Source of the DNA: Octopus sinensis | Lineage: Eukaryota | Reading direction: 5' to 3' | DNA: 64,000 bases | NCBI RefSeq assembly: GCF_006345805.1 | Contig: NC_042999.1 | Span: 14,632,001-14,696,000, forward strand | Shown: positions 49,566 through 63,900 of the stretch, piece by piece | How positions within the stretch are numbered: the first letter of the stretch is position 1 | How the letters are laid out: every line of letters begins with the position of its first letter | Position numbers and translations under genes: made by a program | The notes under the pieces: model-generated | Seen by the model: only the letters and a program-made list of their open reading frames with translations | Told to the model about the DNA's origin: nothing | Database searches by the model: none

Positions 49566-49862
49566 GGAGGCGCAATGGCCCAGTGGTTAGGGCAGCGGAC
49601 TCGCAGTCATAGGATCGCGGTTTTGATTCCCAGACCGGGCGTTGTGAGTGTTTATTGAGTGAAAACACCTAAAGCTCCACAAGGCTCTGGCAGGGGTGGT
49701 GGCGATCCCTGCTGTACTCTTTCGTTGCAACTTTCTCTCATTCTTTCTTCTGTTGGCCTGCTCGCTTAGCCAGCAGGGTGATGTCATTTGAAGGCTAAAA
49801 CCATGCGAAGCGATGTGTAGCAACATCTGATAGCCTGGTCGGTCACATGATCACGTGATATA
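49566..49862 (+). mobile_element. tRNA-derived SINE (fifth family)
   Basis: A-box TGGCCCAGTGG, B-box GGTTTTGATTCC, no tRNA acceptor-stem closure. Related pieces at about 55020-55215(-) and 45510-45620(-). Confidence 0.75.
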
Positions 49863-50824
49863 CATAAAAATACAAAATGGGACAAGAATGCAAAACATCC
49901 AGATACATGATACAAAGAAAACAAGGACAGGTCATTCGAAGTTTTCTTTCTTCAGTTGAGTTCCAGATTATCTTTACAATTTCGGCTGGTTATAATCGAG
50001 ATTGCTCCAATCTGGCCAGCCCCAAGGAAAAACTAAGCTAAAAACATTAGATTCCTCAAAGCACAAACCTGACTCAAATGCTTACATCAGAGTAGATAAT
50101 TCTGCTGAAAGCACCCAAGGTGTCAGGCAGGTGGTGGAGGTGGTGTTAAACTGAATGACAGGTTTAGTTTACCATCCCCACAAAATGCAAAGAGCATCAA
50201 AAACATAATCTGGAATAATTACACATTACAGAAAAAAAAATGATATGAGACAATGTGATATTGTTTATATATTTCCAGCAAGTACAATAGATAACTCTGG
50301 ACATTTTAAGTTTATTCTGACCTCATCAGCAGACCATAGATTTGAGCAAAATTAAGAAAATCATTAAATGTAGAAGTTTATACATTGGTTGATGTATATA
50401 AGGACCGAGTAGTTTAGAAATTAAATAATTCAGACATGAGCTATATACACAAGATGTTTAATATATGAAGCCTTTCTTTTACATGTTTCAGTCAGACTGT
50501 GGCTATGCTGGAGCACCACCCTGAAGGATTTTAGTTTGAGTGGATCAACTCCAAGACTTATTTTTCTTTTCTAAAGCCTGTTATTCAATCAGTCTCTTTT
50601 GTTGAGCTGCTAAGTTACAGGGCCAAAACACATCACTACAAGTTGTCAAGTGATGGTGGCCAACAAACACAGACAATGACACACAAACACACAATCCTGT
50701 GGTTTGGGGTTCAGTCCCCAGTGAGCTGCACCTCGGACAAGTGATATCTACTGTGCCCCAGTATGACCAAAGACTTGCAAGTGGATTTGGTAGCTGGAAA
50801 CTGAAAGAAGCCTCATCTTATATA

Positions 50825-51045
50825 TCATTATCATTTAACGTCCGCTTTCCATGCTAGCATTGGTTGGGACGATTTGAGTGAGGGTTGGCGAACCGGTTGG
50901 CTGCATCAGGCTCCAGTCTTGATCTGGCAGAGTTTCTACAGCTGGATGCCCTTCCTAACGCCAACCACTCCGAGAGTGTAGTGGGTGCTTTTACATGCCA
51001 CCGGCACGAGGGCCAGTCAGGCGGTACTGGCAACAACGTCACTCG
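50825..51045 (-). mobile_element. Family A copy
   Basis: Same 3' end, 5'-truncated. Confidence 0.7.
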
Positions 51046-51633
51046 AATCTCTCTCTCTCTGTATATATATATATATACATACATACATACATACATACAT
51101 ACATACATACATACATACAGGTGTGTGTGTTTAAGTCTCCTTGTCTTGGCATTGCATGATAAACAAGGTGCAGGTGTGGCAAGAAGCCTGCTTCCAAAAT
51201 TCATGGTTCTGAGTTCAGTTCCACTGCATGCCACTTTGAGTAAGTGTCTACTATAGCCTCAGGCCAACTGAAGCATTGTGAGTGAATTCGGTAGATGGAA
51301 AATGAAAGAAGCCCAGTGTGTGTGTGTTTGTGTGTGCGTCCTGCCACCCCTACACTAACCACTTCACAATTGATGTTGGTGTGTTTACATCCCTTAATTT
51401 AGTGGTTTAGCAAAAAAGACCAATAGAACGAGTGTCTAACTTAGAAAAAGTAATAAGTACTGGGATTAATTAGTTCAACTAATTATTCTTAAAGCTGATA
51501 CCCCAACATGGCCGCAGTGACATGACTGAGATAAGTAAAAGATAAAGACAACAGGTAAGGCCATACTGGAGCTCTTTTTAGCTTTCTTTCGTTCACTTGT
51601 GGAGAAGGTTTCATTTATTTGAACGATTTCATA

Positions 51634-51812
51634 GGTGCAGGTGTGGCTGTGTGGTAAGTAGCTTGCTTACCAACCACATGGTTCTGGGTTCAGTCCCACT
51701 GCATGGCATCTTGGGTAAGTGTCTTCTGCTATAGCCTCGGGCCGACCAATGCCTTGTGGAGTGGATTTGGTAGGCGGAAACTGAAAGAAGCCTGTCGTAT
51801 ATATGTATATAT

Positions 51813-51857
<45 letters not shown>

Positions 51858-52071
51858 GTGTGTGTCTGTGTGTGTGTTTGTCCCTCTAGCATTGCTTGAC
51901 AACCGATGCTGGTGTGTTTACATCCCCCGTCACTTAGCGGTTCGGCAAAAGAGACCGATAGAATAAGTACTGGGCTTACAAAGAATAAATCCCGGGGTCG
52001 ATTTGCTCGACTAAAGGCGGTGCTCCAGCATGGCCGCAGTCAAATGACTGAAGCAAGTAAAGAGTAAAGAG
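51634..52071 (+). mobile_element. Family B SINE, full length
   Basis: Head ggtgcaggtgtggctgtgtggtaagtagc through tail aagtaaagagtaaaga. Confidence 0.8.
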
Positions 52072-52943
52072 ATTTCATCAATTAAGAAATCGGTCAATTG
52101 ATAACTAAGAGAGAGACAACATCCTCTGTGTCAACTCATTTGTTATACTTACTCTGAAATGGAACTTAGCACACCTTGACTCTTAGGAAATGTTACTTCC
52201 CACTTCAGCTGCATACAAGATGAGAGAGAATATGGTGATGATGATGGTAATGATGATAATGAGGCGGAGGAAGTGAAAAATGATACTAGAATACTGGTAG
52301 GTGTGTGTGTGTGTGTGTGTGTAATTGCGTATGTGAACATGAATGTTTGTCAGGAGTGGCTGTGGTTAATCACAGCACTGACACCATTTTACACACTTAG
52401 TATTTTTGCTCTTCACCAACCCCACCCCCACCCTTACCCACCCATCACCACCCATCATCATCATCACCACCATCTGCTGCTTCTACTGAAATGTAAAAAA
52501 CCTTACATGAAAGTTAGAGAAAGAGTTTACTCTGTCAATGTTTCTTTCTCCTACTCCACCCTCCTCTTCATCATCATCATCATCATTAATCTTCATCACT
52601 CATTTCTATTTCAGGGTGGGCACTAGAGTTACAGGGGTGGAGTAGCGAAGAGAGAGAGCCAACACAGAAGCTGAGGCCTGTTTCTCGTCAAAATGTGACT
52701 CAGACCCAAAAAACAAACACATTTAGATAAATTTATCCAAGATACACTTACACTTGATCAAAAAAGCAAGATGATCATAGCAGTGGTTTGGACACCTAAA
52801 ATCCTTGGATCAGAGCTCTGCTCTCTCCCTTGGAGCTGACCTGGGGTTAAACTACAGTAACATGAGTCATTTCAAAATATTGTCAAGTTCAAGGCAATTC
52901 CCTATTTTTGTACCCTTGCTATGATTCACTCCCTTCAGCTCTT

Positions 52944-53386
52944 TTAACCCTTTAGAATTCAGATTATTCTGTTGAATGTAATGTTTATTTATTCACATAG
53001 TTTTGAATTGATTACGCATTATCCCATAGCTTCAAAATTTCAATGACATGATTGTTTAGTCTTAGAGTGACATTGTAGAGAAGGTGAGAGAGGCCAGATC
53101 TGGCTGGTTTGAACAGAAAACAGAATATTTTGGCAGGATCATCATCATCATCGTTTAACATCCGCTTTCCATGTTAGCATGGGTTGGACGATTTGACTGA
53201 GGGCTGGCAAACCAGATGGCTGCACCAGGCTCCAATCTTGATCTGACAGAGTTTCTACAGCTGGAGGCCCTTCTTAACGCCAACAACTCCGAGAGTGTAG
53301 TGGGTGCTTTTATGTGCCTCCGGCACAGGGCCAGTCAGGCGGTATTGGCAATGACCTCATAGCCGGTTTAAATGCTAAAGGGTTAA
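52944..53386. mobile_element. piggyBac-type MITE interrupted by family A (53140-53360)
   Basis: TTAA-CCCTTTAG ... CTAAAGGG-TTAA termini. Confidence 0.7.
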
Positions 53387-53387
53387 A

Positions 53388-53778
53388 ACATGATCATCAT
53401 CATTTTGATATCCACATTTCCATGCCTGTATAGACCAGATGGCATTTTGTGAGGTAGATTTTTCTACGGCCAGATACCCTTTCTGTTGCCAACCCTCACT
53501 TGTTTTCAAGCAAGACAATAGTTCTTCGTGGCCAGACACATTTTGTAGAAAATTGGAAATGAATGACACTGCTTGTATGACAGTGACACTCGTTTACAAT
53601 TACACAATGTCATGACAAGATTCAAACACACACACAACAGGTTTCTTTCAATTTCCATCTACCAAATCCTTTAAGGAGGCTTTTATTAGCCCAATGGCTG
53701 TAGTAGAAGACAAGGTGCCATTCCCAAGGTGCCATGCAATGACACTGAACCCAAGACCATGTGGTTAGGAAGCAAACT
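53388..53778 (-). mobile_element. SINE with family B head and an alternative RTE-like (GAT)n tail
   Basis: Head matches family B; the tail ends ...ggcatggaaatgtggatatcaaaatgatgatgat. Related tails occur at about 6790-7010 and 12760-12965. Confidence 0.6.
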
Positions 53779-54541
53779 TCTTAATCACACGGCCAGTTAT
53801 TATTAATAAGTCTTTCTGTCTGACATTTTGGGAGAGAAGTTAGTCCATTATATTGACCCCAGCACTCAACTGGTATTTTTTTTATTGACCCAAAAAGGAA
53901 GAAAGACAAAGGATAAAAGACAAGGCAGGAAGCTGGTAGAAACATTAGCACGCTGGGTGAAATGCTTAGCGTTATTTCGTCTACCGCTATGTTCTGAGTT
54001 CAAATTCTGCCGAGGTCAACTTTGCCTGTCATCCTTTCAGGGTTGAGTAAATAAGTACCAGTTATGCACTGGGGCTGATATAATCGATTTAATCCGTTTG
54101 TCTGTCCTTGTTTGTCCTCTCTGTGTGTAGCCCCTTGTGGGCAGTAAAGAAATAAGACAAAGACAATTTCAGCAGAATTTGAACTCAGAACCAAAGAAGG
54201 AAGAAATGCTACCTGTGGATTAGAGAAGGGCAACTGGGAGAGGTCAGTAGCCTCAGCGGTCAGTGTGACAGCTGTGCAGGGTGTCCCAGAAGTCACACAC
54301 TATCCTGGTTTAAAAAAAAAAAAAACCTTTATCGATTTCAAAAACACTTTCTTGAAATTAATCATAAGGAATGCTCTCAAATTGAGCACCCACTGCAACA
54401 AATTGAATAAAACAAAATAATTTAGAAAAATTATTCTTAATGAATAACCAGGATGGTGTGTGATTTCTGGGACACTATAACAAGATTTGAAACTTTTGAG
54501 TACTACTGTCTTCTATGCAGATCTCTGGATCTGATCTGTGA

Positions 54542-54652
<111 letters not shown>

Positions 54653-57351
54653 ACATAAATATATATACACACACACATATATATAGGCACACATTATTGT
54701 TGTTGTGTGACCCTTCGGTCATGAATGACCATGGGATTGCCCCTAGAAGGTTACCCTCTGAGGCACAATTCTGGGCAAGTTGTTTATGAAAGATCAGCAG
54801 TCGCCCATGCACACCAGCCTCCCCTCTCCATGCCACAATGTTATCCAAAGGAAAGGCAAATGTGGATACAGCTTGGCACCAGTGACGTCGCAACTCATTT
54901 ATTAATGTCCAAGTAGCTGAGCACTCCACAGACACGTGTACCCTTAACGTAGTTCTCAGGGAGATTCAGCGTGACACAGAGTGTGACAAAGCAGTCCCTT
55001 TGCAATACAGGTACAACAGAAACAGGAAGAAAGAGTGAGAGAAAGTTGTAGTGAAAGAGTACAGCAGGGTTCACCACCGCCGTCTGCTGGAGCCTCGTGG
55101 AACTTTAGGTGTTTTCACTCAATAAACACTCACAATGCCTGGTCTGGGAATCGAAACCGCAGTCCTACAACCACGAGTCCACTGCTCTAACCATTAGGCC
55201 AATGCACCTCCACAGACACATATATATAGACACTCATATATAGACACATAGACAGACACACACACACACACACACACACACATCATTATTTATTATAAAT
55301 GGACAAAGGCAGAAAGCTGGCAGAATCATTAGTGCTCTGGATGAAATGCTTAGCAGTATTTCACCTGTCGCTACATTCTGAGTTCAAATTCCACCGAAGT
55401 TGACTTTGCCTTTCATCCTTTCAGGGTCAATTAAATAAGAACCAGCTACACACTTGGGTCAATGTAATCGACTTAATCCCCTCCACCAAGCTGCCCTTGG
55501 GGCAAAAATTTGAAATCATTATTATTAATGGACAACATGCTTAGTGGCTTTTAGTCTGTCCTTATGTTCTGAGTTCAAATTCCGCTGAGGTTGTCTTTGC
55601 CTTTCACCCTTTGAGGGGTGATAATACAAGTACCAAATGAGCACAGGGGCTGATATAATAGACTTAACCCTTCCCTTATCTTTGAGCTCTTCTTCCTTTA
55701 ATAGAAAGACTTATTACAGTTGGCAGAATCGTTAGCATGCTGGACAAAATGCCTTGTGGCATTTCGTCTGTCTTTATGCTCTGAGTTCAAATTCCACTGA
55801 TCTTGTGTTGCCTTTCATCTTTTCAGGGTTCATCATCATCATCATCGTTTAACGTCCGCTTTCCATGCTAGCATGGGTTGGACGATGCCAGTAAGGTGAC
55901 GTTGGTAATGATCACACTTGAATGGTGCCCTTTTACATGCCAACCAGTTGAGTACTGGGGTCAACATAACCAACCAGCTCCCTCCTTCAAAATTTCAGCT
56001 CTGATGCCTACAGCAGAAAAGATTATCATTATTGATAAAAATGATAAAAATACAATACATTTGTCTCATAGGAGCCAAGACACTAATGGGTTTCATATCA
56101 GATGTTGAGAACCAACTTTGGCAATTATCTATTAACTTACATATGAAAGCCTGTCTTTTGCAGTTTTTTTTTAACTTCTGGATTTTTTTACACACACACA
56201 TACACACACACAGATCTGTGTGTAAATCAAACCAGGAGTTTTAGAATGTTTCTACCCACAACTGTTTCCCATATTTAGAGAGAAAAAAATACTTAAGAGA
56301 TAAATACAAAAGGAAATTCTTCTCTAAACGTTGCATTGATATTTTAATATATCTCACAGTCCCAACTATTATGACTAACACCAATATTCTTGAAAGAAAT
56401 ACTGTTGAAATGCATTTCTCTTCTGTTTCTTTCTCTCTCGTATATCTGATTATAGTTTTTCTTATAATCTCTGCTGTCTTGTCCAGTATATGATACAATG
56501 AACAAAGCAGAGTTATGCACTGTCCAAATAACTTGATAAAAACCAGAAAACTTTGAGGAAAAGAAAATACATTTTGCTTTGTTGTATCATTGATATAAAA
56601 TAGTAAAAAAAAAAATTGGATCCTAGCTTCAGTAATTTCTGATATATTCATCAGAGTGAACATATTATCAATCAAACAAACGTGTAAAAACAGTGGCACT
56701 TCTTTTTTCTTTTGATATACTAAATGAAGGGAAATTTTGGAAGTGGTGTACAATATAGAATCATTTGATGTAACTGGGGGAAAAAATAAAAGTCTTAAGA
56801 ACACCAGGAACTTGATTATTTCAAAGGCTTTGCAGATAGCCCTTTTTTTTTTTGTTCTTCATCCTTTCTCTCCAATGGATGCTGAAAAAGTGGGTGAATT
56901 GCTTCAGGGAAAACTATTGGTCTCATCCTGTCGAAAGAATTTTCTGTTATTAGAATGTTTCTTTTTTAAAAAAACAATGTAAGAATGATTGATAAACTGA
57001 TTGATATGCTGATTAAAGTTGATTGAATATAACACCCAAGACTTTTTGACCTCATCAAGCAGGAATGATGGTGCCATCAAGATAGATGCTTTCAATAATA
57101 TATTCATAACTTTTTTTAAGGAGAAAAATTAATTTCTATCTTTTTATTATTATTATTATTATTTTTCTTTTTTTTCGTTTTGTGGCATTATTTAATTCGA
57201 GACAGTGATCATCTATTCATATATTGATATTTTTAACAATGACAGAAAAATCAATTTTTCGAGAGTTTAGTATCGAAGGAAAGTGTGGAATATATTAATG
57301 CTTTTGTCATCATTGTCATAAAAGCCGTGTACAAGGAAGGAATCCAGGTTT

Positions 57352-57920
57352 TGACAGAGAGAGAGAGAGTTGGGAGGGGGGAGGGGGAGGAGAGAGATAA
57401 AGAAAGAGAGAAAGAGAGAGAGAAAGAGAGAGGAGAGAAGAAGAGAGAGGAGAGAGAGAAGGAGAGGAGAGAGAGGAAAAGAAGAAGAAAGAGAGAGAGA
57501 GAAGGAAGAGGAGAGAGAGAGGAAAGGAAGAGAGGAGAGAGAGAGAAGGAAGAGAGAGAGAGAGAAGAAGAGAGAGAGAGAGAGAAGGAAGAGAGAGAGA
57601 GAGAAGGAAGAGAGAGAGAGAGAAGGAAGAGAGAGAGAGAGAAGGAAGAGAGAGAGAGAGAAGGAAGAGAGAGAGAAGGAAGAGAGAGAGAGAGAGAAAA
57701 GAAAGAGAGAGAGAGAAAAGAAAGAGAGAGAGAGAGAAAAGAAAGAGAGAGAGAGAAAAGAAAGAGAGAGAGAGAGAAAAGAAAGAGAAAGAAAAGAAAG
57801 AGAGAGAAAGAAAAGAAAGAGAGAGAAAAAGAAAGAGATAGAGAAAAAAAGAGAGTGAAAAAGAGAGAGAAAAAAGAGAGAGAAAGAAAGAGAAAAAGAA
57901 AGAGATAGAGAGAGAGTCAG
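57352..57920. repeat. Polypurine (AG)-rich low-complexity tract with GAAGGAA(GA)n units
   Basis: Almost pure A/G on the + strand; explains ORFs 57267-58050. Confidence 0.95.
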
Positions 57921-59570
57921 CAAGTGAGGAATGGAGAAAGGAAGAATTGAGAATATAAATATATAAATACTGATTTATTTTGATTAGGCAAAAGGTCGGT
58001 TCTTTGAAAAGGGGACAGGTGGCTTGGTTCAATTGACCCCAGTATAACATCAGAATAGTAAATTAACTAATGAGAAACCTGAGAACCTTGGCATTCTGTT
58101 GCTAGAAATGTCAGCTAAATTTCCCCTTAAATACACCTACTGCTGTCGTAAAAATAATGTAGTCTTGACTATAAAAAGTCTAAAATACATAAATAAATAG
58201 CCCCATGGTTATAATAGGTCTTAGAACGTAAGTCTGTTCAATTAGGGCTCACATGGGGCTAAAGAAAGGCAGAAAAATAGGCATCAAAGTCTCGGTTAGA
58301 ATGCCTTGTTGCATTTGTCCCAATTCTCAATTTCTCAGTTTCTTTATCCCTTTTATTCTACTAACCCCAGAAGCTCTACAAAAATGGTTTGCAAGAACTA
58401 CATTTCCTCCACTGTATTGGCTGTGAAAAAAAAAAAAGAACTACTATTATAATAGCCTCTACTCCAGTAGAGGCCATTATAAAAAGCACCCACTACACTC
58501 TTGGAGTGGTTGACATTAGGAAGGGCATGCAGCTGTAGAACCTATGCCAGATCAGACTGAAACCTGGTACAGCCTTCTGTTTTGTCAGTCCTCAGTTGAA
58601 CTGTCCAACCCATGCTAGTATGGAAAGCAGACATCAAACAATGATGATAATTTCATCAGATTTTGGAGCAAGGCCAGCAGTTCTTAAGGTGAGTGTTTTG
58701 TTATATTGACCCTGAGAGGATGAAAAGCAAAGTCAAACTCAGTAGGATTTGGACACAATGTAAAGAGTCTGAAGAAATACTACTAAGCATTTGTCCAACA
58801 TGCTAACAATTCTGCCTATCATATTTGTTAGTTGTTTCAGTCATTTGACTGTAGCCATGCTGGGGCACCCTCTTGAATCTATATTATTATTTTTTTTTTT
58901 TGCCACAAGGGGCTATACACAGAGGGTACAAACAAGGACAGACAAAGGAATTAAGTCGATTACATCGACCCCAGCGTGTAACTGGTACTTATTTAATCGA
59001 CCCCGAAAGAATGAAAGGCAAAGTCGACCTTGGGGGAATTTGAACTCAGAACGTAATGGCAGACGAAATACGGCTATGCATTTCGCCTGGCATGCTAACA
59101 TTTCTACCAGCTCACCGCCTTGAATCTTTAGTTAAATGAATCAACCCCAGTATTTATTTGTTTTCAAGCCTGAAACTTATTCTATTGGTCTCTTTTGCCA
59201 AACTGCTAAGTTACAGCGGCATAAACGCATAACACCAGTTGTCAAGCAATAGTGTGGGATAAACACAAACTCAAACACACACATAATTATATGTGTGTTA
59301 TAATTATATATAAGGCACAAAAAGAAAATGACTCTCCCCAGACACAACAGTATATATGTGTGTGTGTATATATATATGAATAAATATTCAAAAATATTTA
59401 CATAGATATCATTATTAATTATTAGCATTAAGTAAAATGAATAATAGTAATATAGGTGACCAACAAGGAAAAGCCATTAAATGACAAATCCAAAATTTTA
59501 TAGTTAATTTATAATAGGGCACACATTGTGCCAACATTCACAACAATGCTGACACCACGTGTGCTTTATG

Positions 59571-59605
<35 letters not shown>

Positions 59606-59763
59606 ATATTATTTTTTTTTATTTAGTTTCAGCTCACAAGCTGTGGCCATGCTGGGGCACCGCCATTTGGTGTTGCTACATGATTTTACTTCACAAATGC
59701 TTTTTAGCAAATGCCATCTGGTGCATGAGAGAGTTCGATGCAGCTGCCCTCATCTGCACCTCC

Positions 59764-59826
<63 letters not shown>

Positions 59827-60249
59827 GTTCCTTTCAGGTTCTGTCTGCCAAATCTACTTACAAGGCTTGACCTCGTTTGCTTGACCTCATCACTATTGTT
59901 TTAACATCCACTTTTCCATACTTGCAAGGAAATTTGTAGAGGAATTCAGATGGAATTTATTGAGATTGATTTCTTACAGTCAGACGCCCTTCCTGTCACC
60001 TGCCCTCACCGGTTTCCATGTAAGGTAATATTTCTTCATGGTGATGAAACATAAATTTGGTTTTAGCAAGACTTGAACTCATGACACATGAAACACAAAT
60101 AAACACTGAAAGCCATTTTATCCAACATTATTCACGTTTCAGCCAATTTACCAAAGAAGATTAGTCATAAAAATAATTATTTTGATAATATGCAAATGTT
60201 GTATTTCGTAAAGCTGTTGTCCCAACAATATCTGTCTGCATGGGGGAAA

Positions 60250-60945
60250 TGGATGGAAAGAGAGTAAAGGGAAGAGGTGAAAACTAAAAGGAGAGGGAGA
60301 GAAACAACACTGAAGGAGAGAGAAAGAGGGAGAGAGAGGGGCACAGAAGATAGAAATACAAATAGAGAGAGGGGCATTAAAAGAGACAAGACAAAAGAGA
60401 GAGGGGTATAGAGGAAGAGAGACATAAGAAGAGACAGAGAAAGACAGAAATAGGGGCAAAGAAGAGAGAAAGACAGAGAGGGTCATGGGAAGGGATAGAG
60501 GAAGATGGAAGGGCATAGAAGGAGATAGAGAAAGACAGAGAGAGGCGCACAGAAGAAGACAGGAGAAAACAGAGAGAGGGGGACAGAGGAAGATAGAAAG
60601 ACAAATACAGAGAGGGGCATTAAAGGAGACAAGACAAAAGAGAGAGGGGTATAGAGGAAGAGAGAGACAAACAGGAAGAGAGGCATAAGAAGAGACAGAG
60701 AAAGACAGAAATAGGGGCACAGAGGAAAAGAGAAAGACAGAAAGAGTCATGGGAAGGGACAGAGGGAGATGGAAGTGCACAAAAGGAGATAGAGAAAGAT
60801 AGAGAGAGGTGCACAGAGGAAGACAGCAGAAAACAGAGAGAGGGGCCACAGAGGAAGATAGAAAGAAATACACAGAGAGGGACACAGAAATAGACAGAGA
60901 GAAATAGGAAGGAAGATGGAAAGAGAGGGAGAGAGAGAGACACTT
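60250..60945. repeat. AG-rich tandem repeat, period about 245-260 bp, about 2.5 copies
   Basis: ggggcattaaa(a/g)gagacaagacaaaagagagaggggtatagaggaag recurs at 60371 and 60614. Confidence 0.8.
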
Positions 60946-63900
60946 CTCAGTCCCTGCAAGAATTCCCATCACCTTATTTAATTAACTGAATCTACAAGTG
61001 GTGGCCAAATAATTTAACTTGTATTTTGCACACGATATCATAAAGTCATTATGAAAGCAAAACATGCATAATATTAGCATCACTAAGAATTTGACGACAA
61101 GGTGATAGATAAATGGGAATAAGATAAATATATTAAAAAGATAAATGATGGCTTTTCTAATGACATTTGTCACTGGAATCAGCAGACCATTCCAACATAG
61201 AATGTAAAACACAAAATAAGAACTAAATCTAAACTTAGTTGATGCAAAGATTAGTATGAGCCCTCCACCACCATGCTCTCCTGCCCCTCACCAGGTATGT
61301 ATGAGCAAAAGTGGGAATGTTTGTTATTGGTGTTTAAGTAATCAGTTTACTAGAAACAGCAGTAAAATCTCCTTCAGACCAAGGCCTAATATTTTGAAAT
61401 GGCAATTACATATTTGGTATCAATAAATGTTCACTTTTCCAAGTGTGCTTGAGTCAGTCAGTATTTATTGGGTTCGATTTTCTACAGCTGGATGCTCTTC
61501 CTGTTGCCAACTCTTACCACTTTCCAAGCAAGGTAATATTTCACCATGAGAGACAGGAAACGAATAACACCACTTGTATGATGGTGATGCTTTTTTTCAA
61601 TTATCACATGAAATCAAGACAAGAGTATACACAGACACACACATGCGATGGGCTTCTTTCAGTTTCCATCAACTAAATCCACTCACAAGGCTTTAGTAGA
61701 TGATGTTTTCTCTAGATGCTGCACAGTGGGACTGAACCCAAGACCACATGGTTAGGAAGCAAGCTTCTTAACCACACAGCAAAGCCTGATAAGGAAAAGA
61801 TAAAAAGGTGAGGTGGTCACACCTGGGTTGTCTTTCACCACATGTCTATTCATACAAGGTTGACCTGGAGCTAAGCAACAACAACAACTAAGAAAACCAT
61901 GAGACGAAATATAATTTGTGATATATTAAAAAAAATTTTGATTACATCACTGATCTCGTTTAGAAAAGTAATAAAAATAATTTCTGAAAGTAAACTTTGA
62001 TTTTAAACTTTAATCCATATTGTGCACAAATGTACATTATCAATCTAATTGTAGCTAACATTATTGTACATTAGCAATATATCATACATTAACATTTTCA
62101 GATTTAAACAAACACCTGTATAATTTGCATAAATTTCACCACCACAAAACACACAAATAAGATGGATGCCTTTGTTAAAATTCTGACATTATTTTACAGA
62201 TAATAAAAGGATGAGAAAAAAGGTGAGGAATAACTGGGGTTATAATCAAGCAGCGATATAACATAATTGCAATCCCAGTTCTTAAACAAACAAAAGATGC
62301 ATGGTTAATAACAGTTAATGTGAGAGAAAAATATTTACAAATACTTCCACATCATTCTCCAGAGAAACATGTGAGCACAAATGAGAAAATTGAGAAAATA
62401 AAGTAATATCATAAATTTAAGGTGTGACCTTTCCTATTTGATTTGTAACCAGACTATTAATGAATGACACTTCAATAAATGGGTTTTACAAGAAACTGTG
62501 CAAGGGTTGTCTTATTTAAACAATGAGGAGAAATAGAGCAAAACATAGAAAAGCAGAAGACAAGGCTTGGTGGTGGGGGCCATGCTGTTTTAACATCATT
62601 TCTTCTTAAAAGACGACACCTTCATCTCACACACACACTTCACTATCAATTATATTCTTAATAAACAAGTTATCTCACCTGGCCCATTTTTTAACTGTCA
62701 TTCTTACCTAATTCTTAACTCAACCAGCAAAACTAAGTATGCCATGCCACTCCCTGAATATTCATTTCCAAATTCCAAACTAATAATCTTAAAACATCTT
62801 TAAAAATGAGCTGTTTTTAATTTTTTTTTTTTTTTTTACTTTTCTTATTTCTTTACTGCCCACAAGGGGCTACACACAGATGGTACAAACAAGGAGAGAC
62901 AAACGGATTAAATCGATTATATCAACCCCAGTGTGTAACTGGTACTTATTTAATCGACCCTGAAAGGATGAAAGGCAAAGTCGACCTCAGCGGAATTTGA
63001 ACTCAGAATGTTGCAGCAGACTAAATACCGCTAAGCATTTCGCCCGACGTGCTAACGATTCTGCCAGCTTGCCACCTTTTTTTTTTTTTTACTTTTCTTT
63101 TAATACAGTTTATAACTTCTACTCATTTCGTGTTTGATACACACCTTCGGAAACTTAAGGAAGTATGTAACAAATACTATGTCCTCTTATTAAGGCCCTT
63201 GCTTTAGTATTTAAACTGGCCATATCTGACTTATCTATTCTGCCTGTTTTATGTTCAAACTGATCGAATTCAGCTTCTCACACCTACCTAAATGTCATTC
63301 AAAAAATACATCATCAAAAATTACATCATCAAAATGCTGAAGCAATAAGATAATTATCAACAATAAGGCTGAGGGAAAATACTTCAAGGGGAAGAGTCAT
63401 TGTATCATTGGTCACCCCACACTTCTTATCCACCATCCACAACACCCAACCTGCAACTCCTACAGTTGTCACCTACTCTCCCCTACCTTCCTTATTTATC
63501 CTTTAATTCCTGCTTTTCGTTATATTCATCCCGTACCCACCTCTCATTCTCCATTTCTAGCCACCTCTCACTCTCCCACACACCTCTGCAACCTCTACCC
63601 ACCTACACTCCCTATTATCCTGTCGACCATAATACCTTATTACCACTATTTCATGCTTTTCAAGCTTCTCCATGCCCACCCTGTCTTTCATTCTCTCTTC
63701 TAACCATGTCGCTCCTCCATAGTAAGAAACCTTTCTGTTCTGGCCCCTTCTTTCATATTTCAACCCCCTCATCTCCTAACATAAGACCATCTCCTTCTCT
63801 ACTGTAGCCCCACTCATTTCAAGACAATCTTAGTCTTGCAAGCTGCACAGCAACCTCGTGTTACCTCAGATGGTGCCACACAAAAAACACCCAGTAAATG

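Noticed and set aside
49566-49640. tRNA genes (also the heads at 33853, 51634 and 28409)
   Set aside because: A and B boxes are present but there is no complete cloverleaf, and each continues into a SINE body.
337-51256. Recurring ORF peptide ...LQLDALPNANHS..VVGAF...
   Set aside because: It is the antisense reading of family A repeat copies, with variable frames and stops.
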